Shown here in pieces: positions 28,501-41,745 of a stretch of 64,000 bases of DNA. Origin of the DNA: Owenia fusiformis (lineage: Eukaryota). How positions within the stretch are numbered: position 1 is the first letter of the stretch; every line of letters begins with the position of its first letter. The translations under genes and the position numbers were made by a program. Where the stretch lies: NCBI GenBank assembly GCA_903813345.2, contig CAIIXF020000001.1:15376001-15440000 (forward strand), in the 5' to 3' direction. The notes under the pieces were generated by a model that had not been told where the DNA came from, searched no databases, and worked only from the letters and a program-made list of their open reading frames with translations.

Positions 28501-31500
28501 TTGCGTTTTTCCAATTTACTAGAGTTTTTCAAGTAGTTTTGTGCAGTTTAAGAATATTCTGACAGCAATTATGAAAAATATGGCTACTTCATTACCCCTG
28601 GGGTCATTTTTCCAAGAACCCAATGGTTTTCCTTTAAATTTGACTAGTTTTTCATTTACATCATGAAATCCACTGCCTGATGGTGACATTTTTCAGTATC
28701 GTGTCAAGAATTTGAGTATTTTATTGCATATTGCAATTTTTAGCCAAATCACTGAACCGTGAACCAGAAAATTGGACAAATTTGACCCACTTTTTGGCAA
28801 AATCTTACTAAAATCATCACTTTTTCATACTTTATTCCATTCAACAACCTCCTGATTTGAAAAATGATGACAAATTTGATCAGTTTTGACTCTGGCCTAG
28901 AGAATTGGGACTTTTGAGATATTTTTAGCTCGAATGTAGTCATTCAGAGTGAACAAATACATCAAAAATTGACACTTAACTCACCAATTTCTGACTGCAC
29001 CCCCGATATGTACCTTCTTTCTATACTGGAAACCATAAGATGGGAAATTCAATCTTTATGATGAATAGCAACTCGTTGGCTTCCCCATTTACGACAACAA
29101 ATGACATTTAGGGGTCACTAAGGACAAAATTGTAGCCAAATATCGTCAAAATCAAGGGTTTTTGGGGTAAAAAGCGAAAACTGATGATTCAGCAAAAACA
29201 TTAAATTTGTTCATGAAAATTCCCCTTTTTGCCTCCGTCCAAAATATGTTTCACACTAATAAACTTCAATTCTGGTTGATTCTGAGTAGTTTTAAAAAAT
29301 TTTGGTCACTTTCACATGTGACTAATAGGCAAAACTGCCCTAATTCACGTCACCATACTAGTCAATGGGCAAAAGGGCAAACGCCTGACTTTTTATCTCG
29401 AGTTATGGATTTATGTGGCCTCACTGGCCTATCTGAGGTTCTAAAGCTATGTCTAAGCTACATCTTGACACTAAACTCGATAGGGGCCAATCATCTACTT
29501 TTTGAAATAATTGGTCAATTGTGACACTACCCCCTCTCTCTGCAGACACAAATTGAAATTCACAAAAATGAAGGCAAAATTAATACGCCACTTGACTCGA
29601 AATTTTCCTTCAGATAACCCAAATAAACGCATTTTCAGAAGAAATGGCATGTTGCCATTGCAAAAAGATTACAACTGTGCCTACATACTAGCTTACTGAC
29701 TCGTCATGATCACATTTGTGTTGGGCCTACATTTATTTTTGAATACTACTTTTTTCTATTCAGCGGAAGTGACGTATTAGGGCATTTTGGCCTAATAGCC
29801 ACATGGTTGGATGATTTCTGGCTTTAAATTGCGTTTTTCCAATTTACTAGAGTTTTTCAAGTAGTTTTGTGCAGTTTAAGAATATTCTGACAGCAATTAT
29901 GAAAAATATGGCTACTTCATTACCCCTGGGGTCATTTTTCCAAGAACCCAATGGTTTTCCTTTAAATTTGACTAGTTTTTCATTTACATCATGAAATCCA
30001 CTGCCTGATGGTGACATTTTTCAGTATCGTGTCAAGAATTTGAGTATTTTATTGCATATTGCAATTTTTAGCCAAATCACTGAACCGTGAACCAGAAAAT
30101 TGGACAAATTTGACCCACTTTTTGGCAAAATCTTACTAAAATCATCACTTTTTCATACTTTATTCCATTCAACAACCTCCTGATTTGAAAAATGATGACA
30201 AATTTGATCAGTTTTGACTCTGGCCTAGAGAATTGGGACTTTTGAGATATTTTTAGCTCGAATGTAGTCATTCAGAGTGAACAAATACATCAAAAATTGA
30301 CACTTAACTCACCAATTTCTGACTGCACCCCCGATATGTACCTTCTTTCTATACTGGAAACCATAAGATGGGAAATTCAATCTTTATGATGAATAGCAAC
30401 TCGTTGGCTTCCCCATTTACGACAACAAATGACATTTAGGGGTCACTAAGGACAAAATTGTAGCCAAATATCGTCAAAATCAAGGGTTTTTGGGGTAAAA
30501 AGCGAAAACTGATGATTCAGCAAAAACATTAAATTTGTTCATGAAAATTCCCCTTTTTGCCTCCGTCCAAAATATGTTTCACACTAATAAACTTCAATTC
30601 TGGTTGATTCTGAGTAGTTTTAAAAAATTTTGGTCACTTTCACATGTGACTAATAGGCAAAACTGCCCTAATTCACGTCACCATACTAGTCAATGGGCAA
30701 AAGGGCAAACGCCTGACTTTTTATCTCGAGTTATGGATTTATGTGGCCTCACTGGCCTATCTGAGGTTCTAAAGCTATGTCTAAGCTACATCTTGACACT
30801 AAACTCGATAGGGGCCAATCATCTACTTTTTGAAATAATTGGTCAATTGTGACACTACCCCCTCTCTCTGCAGACACAAATTGAAATTCACAAAAATGAA
30901 GGCAAAATTAATACGCCACTTGACTCGAAATTTTCCTTCAGATAACCCAAATAAACGCATTTTCAGAAGAAATGGCATGTTGCCATTGCAAAAAGATTAC
31001 AACTGTGCCTACATACTAGCTTACTGACTCGTCATGATCACATTTGTGTTGGGCCTACATTTATTTTTGAATACTACTTTTTTCTATTCAGCGGAAGTGA
31101 CGTATTAGGGCATTTTGGCCTAATAGCCACATGGTTGGATGATTTCTGGCTTTAAATTGCGTTTTTCCAATTTACTAGAGTTTTTCAAGTAGTTTTGTGC
31201 AGTTTAAGAATATTCTGACAGCAATTATGAAAAATATGGCTACTTCATTACCCCTGGGGTCATTTTTCCAAGAACCCAATGGTTTTCCTTTAAATTTGAC
31301 TAGTTTTTCATTTACATCATGAAATCCACTGCCTGATGGTGACATTTTTCAGTATCGTGTCAAGAATTTGAGTATTTTATTGCATATTGCAATTTTTAGC
31401 CAAATCACTGAACCGTGAACCAGAAAATTGGACAAATTTGACCCACTTTTTGGCAAAATCTTACTAAAATCATCACTTTTTCATACTTTATTCCATTCAA

Positions 31501-34500
31501 CAACCTCCTGATTTGAAAAATGATGACAAATTTGATCAGTTTTGACTCTGGCCTAGAGAATTGGGACTTTTGAGATATTTTTAGCTCGAATGTAGTCATT
31601 CAGAGTGAACAAATACATCAAAAATTGACACTTAACTCACCAATTTCTGACTGCACCCCCGATATGTACCTTCTTTCTATACTGGAAACCATAAGATGGG
31701 AAATTCAATCTTTATGATGAATAGCAACTCGTTGGCTTCCCCATTTACGACAACAAATGACATTTAGGGGTCACTAAGGACAAAATTGTAGCCAAATATC
31801 GTCAAAATCAAGGGTTTTTGGGGTAAAAAGCGAAAACTGATGATTCAGCAAAAACATTAAATTTGTTCATGAAAATTCCCCTTTTTGCCTCCGTCCAAAA
31901 TATGTTTCACACTAATAAACTTCAATTCTGGTTGATTCTGAGTAGTTTTAAAAAATTTTGGTCACTTTCACATGTGACTAATAGGCAAAACTGCCCTAAT
32001 TCACGTCACCATACTAGTCAATGGGCAAAAGGGCAAACGCCTGACTTTTTATCTCGAGTTATGGATTTATGTGGCCTCACTGGCCTATCTGAGGTTCTAA
32101 AGCTATGTCTAAGCTACATCTTGACACTAAACTCGATAGGGGCCAATCATCTACTTTTTGAAATAATTGGTCAATTGTGACACTACCCCCTCTCTCTGCA
32201 GACACAAATTGAAATTCACAAAAATGAAGGCAAAATTAATACGCCACTTGACTCGAAATTTTCCTTCAGATAACCCAAATAAACGCATTTTCAGAAGAAA
32301 TGGCATGTTGCCATTGCAAAAAGATTACAACTGTGCCTACATACTAGCTTACTGACTCGTCATGATCACATTTGTGTTGGGCCTACATTTATTTTTGAAT
32401 ACTACTTTTTTCTATTCAGCGGAAGTGACGTATTAGGGCATTTTGGCCTAATAGCCACATGGTTGGATGATTTCTGGCTTTAAATTGCGTTTTTCCAATT
32501 TACTAGAGTTTTTCAAGTAGTTTTGTGCAGTTTAAGAATATTCTGACAGCAATTATGAAAAATATGGCTACTTCATTACCCCTGGGGTCATTTTTCCAAG
32601 AACCCAATGGTTTTCCTTTAAATTTGACTAGTTTTTCATTTACATCATGAAATCCACTGCCTGATGGTGACATTTTTCAGTATCGTGTCAAGAATTTGAG
32701 TATTTTATTGCATATTGCAATTTTTAGCCAAATCACTGAACCGTGAACCAGAAAATTGGACAAATTTGACCCACTTTTTGGCAAAATCTTACTAAAATCA
32801 TCACTTTTTCATACTTTATTCCATTCAACAACCTCCTGATTTGAAAAATGATGACAAATTTGATCAGTTTTGACTCTGGCCTAGAGAATTGGGACTTTTG
32901 AGATATTTTTAGCTCGAATGTAGTCATTCAGAGTGAACAAATACATCAAAAATTGACACTTAACTCACCAATTTCTGACTGCACCCCCGATATGTACCTT
33001 CTTTCTATACTGGAAACCATAAGATGGGAAATTCAATCTTTATGATGAATAGCAACTCGTTGGCTTCCCCATTTACGACAACAAATGACATTTAGGGGTC
33101 ACTAAGGACAAAATTGTAGCCAAATATCGTCAAAATCAAGGGTTTTTGGGGTAAAAAGCGAAAACTGATGATTCAGCAAAAACATTAAATTTGTTCATGA
33201 AAATTCCCCTTTTTGCCTCCGTCCAAAATATGTTTCACACTAATAAACTTCAATTCTGGTTGATTCTGAGTAGTTTTAAAAAATTTTGGTCACTTTCACA
33301 TGTGACTAATAGGCAAAACTGCCCTAATTCACGTCACCATACTAGTCAATGGGCAAAAGGGCAAACGCCTGACTTTTTATCTCGAGTTATGGATTTATGT
33401 GGCCTCACTGGCCTATCTGAGGTTCTAAAGCTATGTCTAAGCTACATCTTGACACTAAACTCGATAGGGGCCAATCATCTACTTTTTGAAATAATTGGTC
33501 AATTGTGACACTACCCCCTCTCTCTGCAGACACAAATTGAAATTCACAAAAATGAAGGCAAAATTAATACGCCACTTGACTCGAAATTTTCCTTCAGATA
33601 ACCCAAATAAACGCATTTTCAGAAGAAATGGCATGTTGCCATTGCAAAAAGATTACAACTGTGCCTACATACTAGCTTACTGACTCGTCATGATCACATT
33701 TGTGTTGGGCCTACATTTATTTTTGAATACTACTTTTTTCTATTCAGCGGAAGTGACGTATTAGGGCATTTTGGCCTAATAGCCACATGGTTGGATGATT
33801 TCTGGCTTTAAATTGCGTTTTTCCAATTTACTAGAGTTTTTCAAGTAGTTTTGTGCAGTTTAAGAATATTCTGACAGCAATTATGAAAAATATGGCTACT
33901 TCATTACCCCTGGGGTCATTTTTCCAAGAACCCAATGGTTTTCCTTTAAATTTGACTAGTTTTTCATTTACATCATGAAATCCACTGCCTGATGGTGACA
34001 TTTTTCAGTATCGTGTCAAGAATTTGAGTATTTTATTGCATATTGCAATTTTTAGCCAAATCACTGAACCGTGAACCAGAAAATTGGACAAATTTGACCC
34101 ACTTTTTGGCAAAATCTTACTAAAATCATCACTTTTTCATACTTTATTCCATTCAACAACCTCCTGATTTGAAAAATGATGACAAATTTGATCAGTTTTG
34201 ACTCTGGCCTAGAGAATTGGGACTTTTGAGATATTTTTAGCTCGAATGTAGTCATTCAGAGTGAACAAATACATCAAAAATTGACACTTAACTCACCAAT
34301 TTCTGACTGCACCCCCGATATGTACCTTCTTTCTATACTGGAAACCATAAGATGGGAAATTCAATCTTTATGATGAATAGCAACTCGTTGGCTTCCCCAT
34401 TTACGACAACAAATGACATTTAGGGGTCACTAAGGACAAAATTGTAGCCAAATATCGTCAAAATCAAGGGTTTTTGGGGTAAAAAGCGAAAACTGATGAT

Positions 34501-37500
34501 TCAGCAAAAACATTAAATTTGTTCATGAAAATTCCCCTTTTTGCCTCCGTCCAAAATATGTTTCACACTAATAAACTTCAATTCTGGTTGATTCTGAGTA
34601 GTTTTAAAAAATTTTGGTCACTTTCACATGTGACTAATAGGCAAAACTGCCCTAATTCACGTCACCATACTAGTCAATGGGCAAAAGGGCAAACGCCTGA
34701 CTTTTTATCTCGAGTTATGGATTTATGTGGCCTCACTGGCCTATCTGAGGTTCTAAAGCTATGTCTAAGCTACATCTTGACACTAAACTCGATAGGGGCC
34801 AATCATCTACTTTTTGAAATAATTGGTCAATTGTGACACTACCCCCTCTCTCTGCAGACACAAATTGAAATTCACAAAAATGAAGGCAAAATTAATACGC
34901 CACTTGACTCGAAATTTTCCTTCAGATAACCCAAATAAACGCATTTTCAGAAGAAATGGCATGTTGCCATTGCAAAAAGATTACAACTGTGCCTACATAC
35001 TAGCTTACTGACTCGTCATGATCACATTTGTGTTGGGCCTACATTTATTTTTGAATACTACTTTTTTCTATTCAGCGGAAGTGACGTATTAGGGCATTTT
35101 GGCCTAATAGCCACATGGTTGGATGATTTCTGGCTTTAAATTGCGTTTTTCCAATTTACTAGAGTTTTTCAAGTAGTTTTGTGCAGTTTAAGAATATTCT
35201 GACAGCAATTATGAAAAATATGGCTACTTCATTACCCCTGGGGTCATTTTTCCAAGAACCCAATGGTTTTCCTTTAAATTTGACTAGTTTTTCATTTACA
35301 TCATGAAATCCACTGCCTGATGGTGACATTTTTCAGTATCGTGTCAAGAATTTGAGTATTTTATTGCATATTGCAATTTTTAGCCAAATCACTGAACCGT
35401 GAACCAGAAAATTGGACAAATTTGACCCACTTTTTGGCAAAATCTTACTAAAATCATCACTTTTTCATACTTTATTCCATTCAACAACCTCCTGATTTGA
35501 AAAATGATGACAAATTTGATCAGTTTTGACTCTGGCCTAGAGAATTGGGACTTTTGAGATATTTTTAGCTCGAATGTAGTCATTCAGAGTGAACAAATAC
35601 ATCAAAAATTGACACTTAACTCACCAATTTCTGACTGCACCCCCGATATGTACCTTCTTTCTATACTGGAAACCATAAGATGGGAAATTCAATCTTTATG
35701 ATGAATAGCAACTCGTTGGCTTCCCCATTTACGACAACAAATGACATTTAGGGGTCACTAAGGACAAAATTGTAGCCAAATATCGTCAAAATCAAGGGTT
35801 TTTGGGGTAAAAAGCGAAAACTGATGATTCAGCAAAAACATTAAATTTGTTCATGAAAATTCCCCTTTTTGCCTCCGTCCAAAATATGTTTCACACTAAT
35901 AAACTTCAATTCTGGTTGATTCTGAGTAGTTTTAAAAAATTTTGGTCACTTTCACATGTGACTAATAGGCAAAACTGCCCTAATTCACGTCACCATACTA
36001 GTCAATGGGCAAAAGGGCAAACGCCTGACTTTTTATCTCGAGTTATGGATTTATGTGGCCTCACTGGCCTATCTGAGGTTCTAAAGCTATGTCTAAGCTA
36101 CATCTTGACACTAAACTCGATAGGGGCCAATCATCTACTTTTTGAAATAATTGGTCAATTGTGACACTACCCCCTCTCTCTGCAGACACAAATTGAAATT
36201 CACAAAAATGAAGGCAAAATTAATACGCCACTTGACTCGAAATTTTCCTTCAGATAACCCAAATAAACGCATTTTCAGAAGAAATGGCATGTTGCCATTG
36301 CAAAAAGATTACAACTGTGCCTACATACTAGCTTACTGACTCGTCATGATCACATTTGTGTTGGGCCTACATTTATTTTTGAATACTACTTTTTTCTATT
36401 CAGCGGAAGTGACGTATTAGGGCATTTTGGCCTAATAGCCACATGGTTGGATGATTTCTGGCTTTAAATTGCGTTTTTCCAATTTACTAGAGTTTTTCAA
36501 GTAGTTTTGTGCAGTTTAAGAATATTCTGACAGCAATTATGAAAAATATGGCTACTTCATTACCCCTGGGGTCATTTTTCCAAGAACCCAATGGTTTTCC
36601 TTTAAATTTGACTAGTTTTTCATTTACATCATGAAATCCACTGCCTGATGGTGACATTTTTCAGTATCGTGTCAAGAATTTGAGTATTTTATTGCATATT
36701 GCAATTTTTAGCCAAATCACTGAACCGTGAACCAGAAAATTGGACAAATTTGACCCACTTTTTGGCAAAATCTTACTAAAATCATCACTTTTTCATACTT
36801 TATTCCATTCAACAACCTCCTGATTTGAAAAATGATGACAAATTTGATCAGTTTTGACTCTGGCCTAGAGAATTGGGACTTTTGAGATATTTTTAGCTCG
36901 AATGTAGTCATTCAGAGTGAACAAATACATCAAAAATTGACACTTAACTCACCAATTTCTGACTGCACCCCCGATATGTACCTTCTTTCTATACTGGAAA
37001 CCATAAGATGGGAAATTCAATCTTTATGATGAATAGCAACTCGTTGGCTTCCCCATTTACGACAACAAATGACATTTAGGGGTCACTAAGGACAAAATTG
37101 TAGCCAAATATCGTCAAAATCAAGGGTTTTTGGGGTAAAAAGCGAAAACTGATGATTCAGCAAAAACATTAAATTTGTTCATGAAAATTCCCCTTTTTGC
37201 CTCCGTCCAAAATATGTTTCACACTAATAAACTTCAATTCTGGTTGATTCTGAGTAGTTTTAAAAAATTTTGGTCACTTTCACATGTGACTAATAGGCAA
37301 AACTGCCCTAATTCACGTCACCATACTAGTCAATGGGCAAAAGGGCAAACGCCTGACTTTTTATCTCGAGTTATGGATTTATGTGGCCTCACTGGCCTAT
37401 CTGAGGTTCTAAAGCTATGTCTAAGCTACATCTTGACACTAAACTCGATAGGGGCCAATCATCTACTTTTTGAAATAATTGGTCAATTGTGACACTACCC

Positions 37501-40500
37501 CCTCTCTCTGCAGACACAAATTGAAATTCACAAAAATGAAGGCAAAATTAATACGCCACTTGACTCGAAATTTTCCTTCAGATAACCCAAATAAACGCAT
37601 TTTCAGAAGAAATGGCATGTTGCCATTGCAAAAAGATTACAACTGTGCCTACATACTAGCTTACTGACTCGTCATGATCACATTTGTGTTGGGCCTACAT
37701 TTATTTTTGAATACTACTTTTTTCTATTCAGCGGAAGTGACGTATTAGGGCATTTTGGCCTAATAGCCACATGGTTGGATGATTTCTGGCTTTAAATTGC
37801 GTTTTTCCAATTTACTAGAGTTTTTCAAGTAGTTTTGTGCAGTTTAAGAATATTCTGACAGCAATTATGAAAAATATGGCTACTTCATTACCCCTGGGGT
37901 CATTTTTCCAAGAACCCAATGGTTTTCCTTTAAATTTGACTAGTTTTTCATTTACATCATGAAATCCACTGCCTGATGGTGACATTTTTCAGTATCGTGT
38001 CAAGAATTTGAGTATTTTATTGCATATTGCAATTTTTAGCCAAATCACTGAACCGTGAACCAGAAAATTGGACAAATTTGACCCACTTTTTGGCAAAATC
38101 TTACTAAAATCATCACTTTTTCATACTTTATTCCATTCAACAACCTCCTGATTTGAAAAATGATGACAAATTTGATCAGTTTTGACTCTGGCCTAGAGAA
38201 TTGGGACTTTTGAGATATTTTTAGCTCGAATGTAGTCATTCAGAGTGAACAAATACATCAAAAATTGACACTTAACTCACCAATTTCTGACTGCACCCCC
38301 GATATGTACCTTCTTTCTATACTGGAAACCATAAGATGGGAAATTCAATCTTTATGATGAATAGCAACTCGTTGGCTTCCCCATTTACGACAACAAATGA
38401 CATTTAGGGGTCACTAAGGACAAAATTGTAGCCAAATATCGTCAAAATCAAGGGTTTTTGGGGTAAAAAGCGAAAACTGATGATTCAGCAAAAACATTAA
38501 ATTTGTTCATGAAAATTCCCCTTTTTGCCTCCGTCCAAAATATGTTTCACACTAATAAACTTCAATTCTGGTTGATTCTGAGTAGTTTTAAAAAATTTTG
38601 GTCACTTTCACATGTGACTAATAGGCAAAACTGCCCTAATTCACGTCACCATACTAGTCAATGGGCAAAAGGGCAAACGCCTGACTTTTTATCTCGAGTT
38701 ATGGATTTATGTGGCCTCACTGGCCTATCTGAGGTTCTAAAGCTATGTCTAAGCTACATCTTGACACTAAACTCGATAGGGGCCAATCATCTACTTTTTG
38801 AAATAATTGGTCAATTGTGACACTACCCCCTCTCTCTGCAGACACAAATTGAAATTCACAAAAATGAAGGCAAAATTAATACGCCACTTGACTCGAAATT
38901 TTCCTTCAGATAACCCAAATAAACGCATTTTCAGAAGAAATGGCATGTTGCCATTGCAAAAAGATTACAACTGTGCCTACATACTAGCTTACTGACTCGT
39001 CATGATCACATTTGTGTTGGGCCTACATTTATTTTTGAATACTACTTTTTTCTATTCAGCGGAAGTGACGTATTAGGGCATTTTGGCCTAATAGCCACAT
39101 GGTTGGATGATTTCTGGCTTTAAATTGCGTTTTTCCAATTTACTAGAGTTTTTCAAGTAGTTTTGTGCAGTTTAAGAATATTCTGACAGCAATTATGAAA
39201 AATATGGCTACTTCATTACCCCTGGGGTCATTTTTCCAAGAACCCAATGGTTTTCCTTTAAATTTGACTAGTTTTTCATTTACATCATGAAATCCACTGC
39301 CTGATGGTGACATTTTTCAGTATCGTGTCAAGAATTTGAGTATTTTATTGCATATTGCAATTTTTAGCCAAATCACTGAACCGTGAACCAGAAAATTGGA
39401 CAAATTTGACCCACTTTTTGGCAAAATCTTACTAAAATCATCACTTTTTCATACTTTATTCCATTCAACAACCTCCTGATTTGAAAAATGATGACAAATT
39501 TGATCAGTTTTGACTCTGGCCTAGAGAATTGGGACTTTTGAGATATTTTTAGCTCGAATGTAGTCATTCAGAGTGAACAAATACATCAAAAATTGACACT
39601 TAACTCACCAATTTCTGACTGCACCCCCGATATGTACCTTCTTTCTATACTGGAAACCATAAGATGGGAAATTCAATCTTTATGATGAATAGCAACTCGT
39701 TGGCTTCCCCATTTACGACAACAAATGACATTTAGGGGTCACTAAGGACAAAATTGTAGCCAAATATCGTCAAAATCAAGGGTTTTTGGGGTAAAAAGCG
39801 AAAACTGATGATTCAGCAAAAACATTAAATTTGTTCATGAAAATTCCCCTTTTTGCCTCCGTCCAAAATATGTTTCACACTAATAAACTTCAATTCTGGT
39901 TGATTCTGAGTAGTTTTAAAAAATTTTGGTCACTTTCACATGTGACTAATAGGCAAAACTGCCCTAATTCACGTCACCATACTAGTCAATGGGCAAAAGG
40001 GCAAACGCCTGACTTTTTATCTCGAGTTATGGATTTATGTGGCCTCACTGGCCTATCTGAGGTTCTAAAGCTATGTCTAAGCTACATCTTGACACTAAAC
40101 TCGATAGGGGCCAATCATCTACTTTTTGAAATAATTGGTCAATTGTGACACTACCCCCTCTCTCTGCAGACACAAATTGAAATTCACAAAAATGAAGGCA
40201 AAATTAATACGCCACTTGACTCGAAATTTTCCTTCAGATAACCCAAATAAACGCATTTTCAGAAGAAATGGCATGTTGCCATTGCAAAAAGATTACAACT
40301 GTGCCTACATACTAGCTTACTGACTCGTCATGATCACATTTGTGTTGGGCCTACATTTATTTTTGAATACTACTTTTTTCTATTCAGCGGAAGTGACGTA
40401 TTAGGGCATTTTGGCCTAATAGCCACATGGTTGGATGATTTCTGGCTTTAAATTGCGTTTTTCCAATTTACTAGAGTTTTTCAAGTAGTTTTGTGCAGTT

Positions 40501-41278
40501 TAAGAATATTCTGACAGCAATTATGAAAAATATGGCTACTTCATTACCCCTGGGGTCATTTTTCCAAGAACCCAATGGTTTTCCTTTAAATTTGACTAGT
40601 TTTTCATTTACATCATGAAATCCACTGCCTGATGGTGACATTTTTCAGTATCGTGTCAAGAATTTGAGTATTTTATTGCATATTGCAATTTTTAGCCAAA
40701 TCACTGAACCGTGAACCAGAAAATTGGACAAATTTGACCCACTTTTTGGCAAAATCTTACTAAAATCATCACTTTTTCATACTTTATTCCATTCAACAAC
40801 CTCCTGATTTGAAAAATGATGACAAATTTGATCAGTTTTGACTCTGGCCTAGAGAATTGGGACTTTTGAGATATTTTTAGCTCGAATGTAGTCATTCAGA
40901 GTGAACAAATACATCAAAAATTGACACTTAACTCACCAATTTCTGACTGCACCCCCGATATGTACCTTCTTTCTATACTGGAAACCATAAGATGGGAAAT
41001 TCAATCTTTATGATGAATAGCAACTCGTTGGCTTCCCCATTTACGACAACAAATGACATTTAGGGGTCACTAAGGACAAAATTGTAGCCAAATATCGTCA
41101 AAATCAAGGGTTTTTGGGGTAAAAAGCGAAAACTGATGATTCAGCAAAAACATTAAATTTGTTCATGAAAATTCCCCTTTTTGCCTCCGTCCAAAATATG
41201 TTTCACACTAATAAACTTCAATTCTGGTTGATTCTGAGTAGTTTTAAAAAATTTTGGTCACTTTCACATGTGACTAAT

Positions 41279-41745
41279 AGGCAAAACTGCCCTAATTCAC
41301 GTCACCATACTAGTCAATGGGCAAAAGGGCAAACGCCTGACTTTTTATCTCGAGTTATGGATTTATGTGGCCTCACTGGCCTATCTGAGGTTCTAAAGCT
41401 ATGTCTAAGCTACATCTTGACACTAAACTCGATAGGGGCCAATCATCTACTTTTTGAAATAATTGGTCAATTGTGACACTACCCCCTCTCTCTGCAGACA
41501 CAAATTGAAATTCACAAAAATGAAGGCAAAATTAATACGCCACTTGACTCGAAATTTTCCTTCAGATAACCCAAATAAACGCATTTTCAGAAGAAATGGC
41601 ATGTTGCCATTGCAAAAAGATTACAACTGTGCCTACATACTAGCTTACTGACTCGTCATGATCACATTTGTGTTGGGCCTACATTTATTTTTGAATACTA
41701 CTTTTTTCTATTCAGCGGAAGTGACGTATTAGGGCATTTTGGCCT
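41279..41745. mobile_element. Terminal copy of module A, forming the right boundary of the array
   Basis: Complete copy ending ...TTTTGGCCT, followed by unique sequence TTGCAAAAGAGG instead of AATAGCC. Confidence 0.9.

Larger units (their letters stand above)
1..41745. repeat. Tandem macro-array of a 1328-bp unit (467-bp module A + AAT + 855-bp module B + AAT); continues beyond the left edge of the window
   Basis: Identical ORFs recur every 1328 bp (sometimes 1329 or 858). There are 30 copies of module A and 32 full copies of module B plus a partial one at 1-185. Similarity to the unit ends abruptly after ...GGGCATTTTGGCCT at 41745. Confidence 0.99.

Noticed and set aside
69-41651. Repeated 105-aa, 62-aa and 64-aa ORFs as a tandem gene cluster
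   Set aside because: No recognisable domains, the 105- and 62-aa ORFs start at TTG, and the 105-aa ORF straddles the module B/A junction and is broken in the deletion units. Identity across copies only reflects DNA repetition.
1-41745. CRISPR array, rDNA/5S, histone, snRNA or tRNA gene cluster
   Set aside because: No variable spacers, the context is eukaryotic, and no rRNA, snRNA, tRNA or histone sequence was recognised in the unit by eye. An Rfam search would be the formal check.
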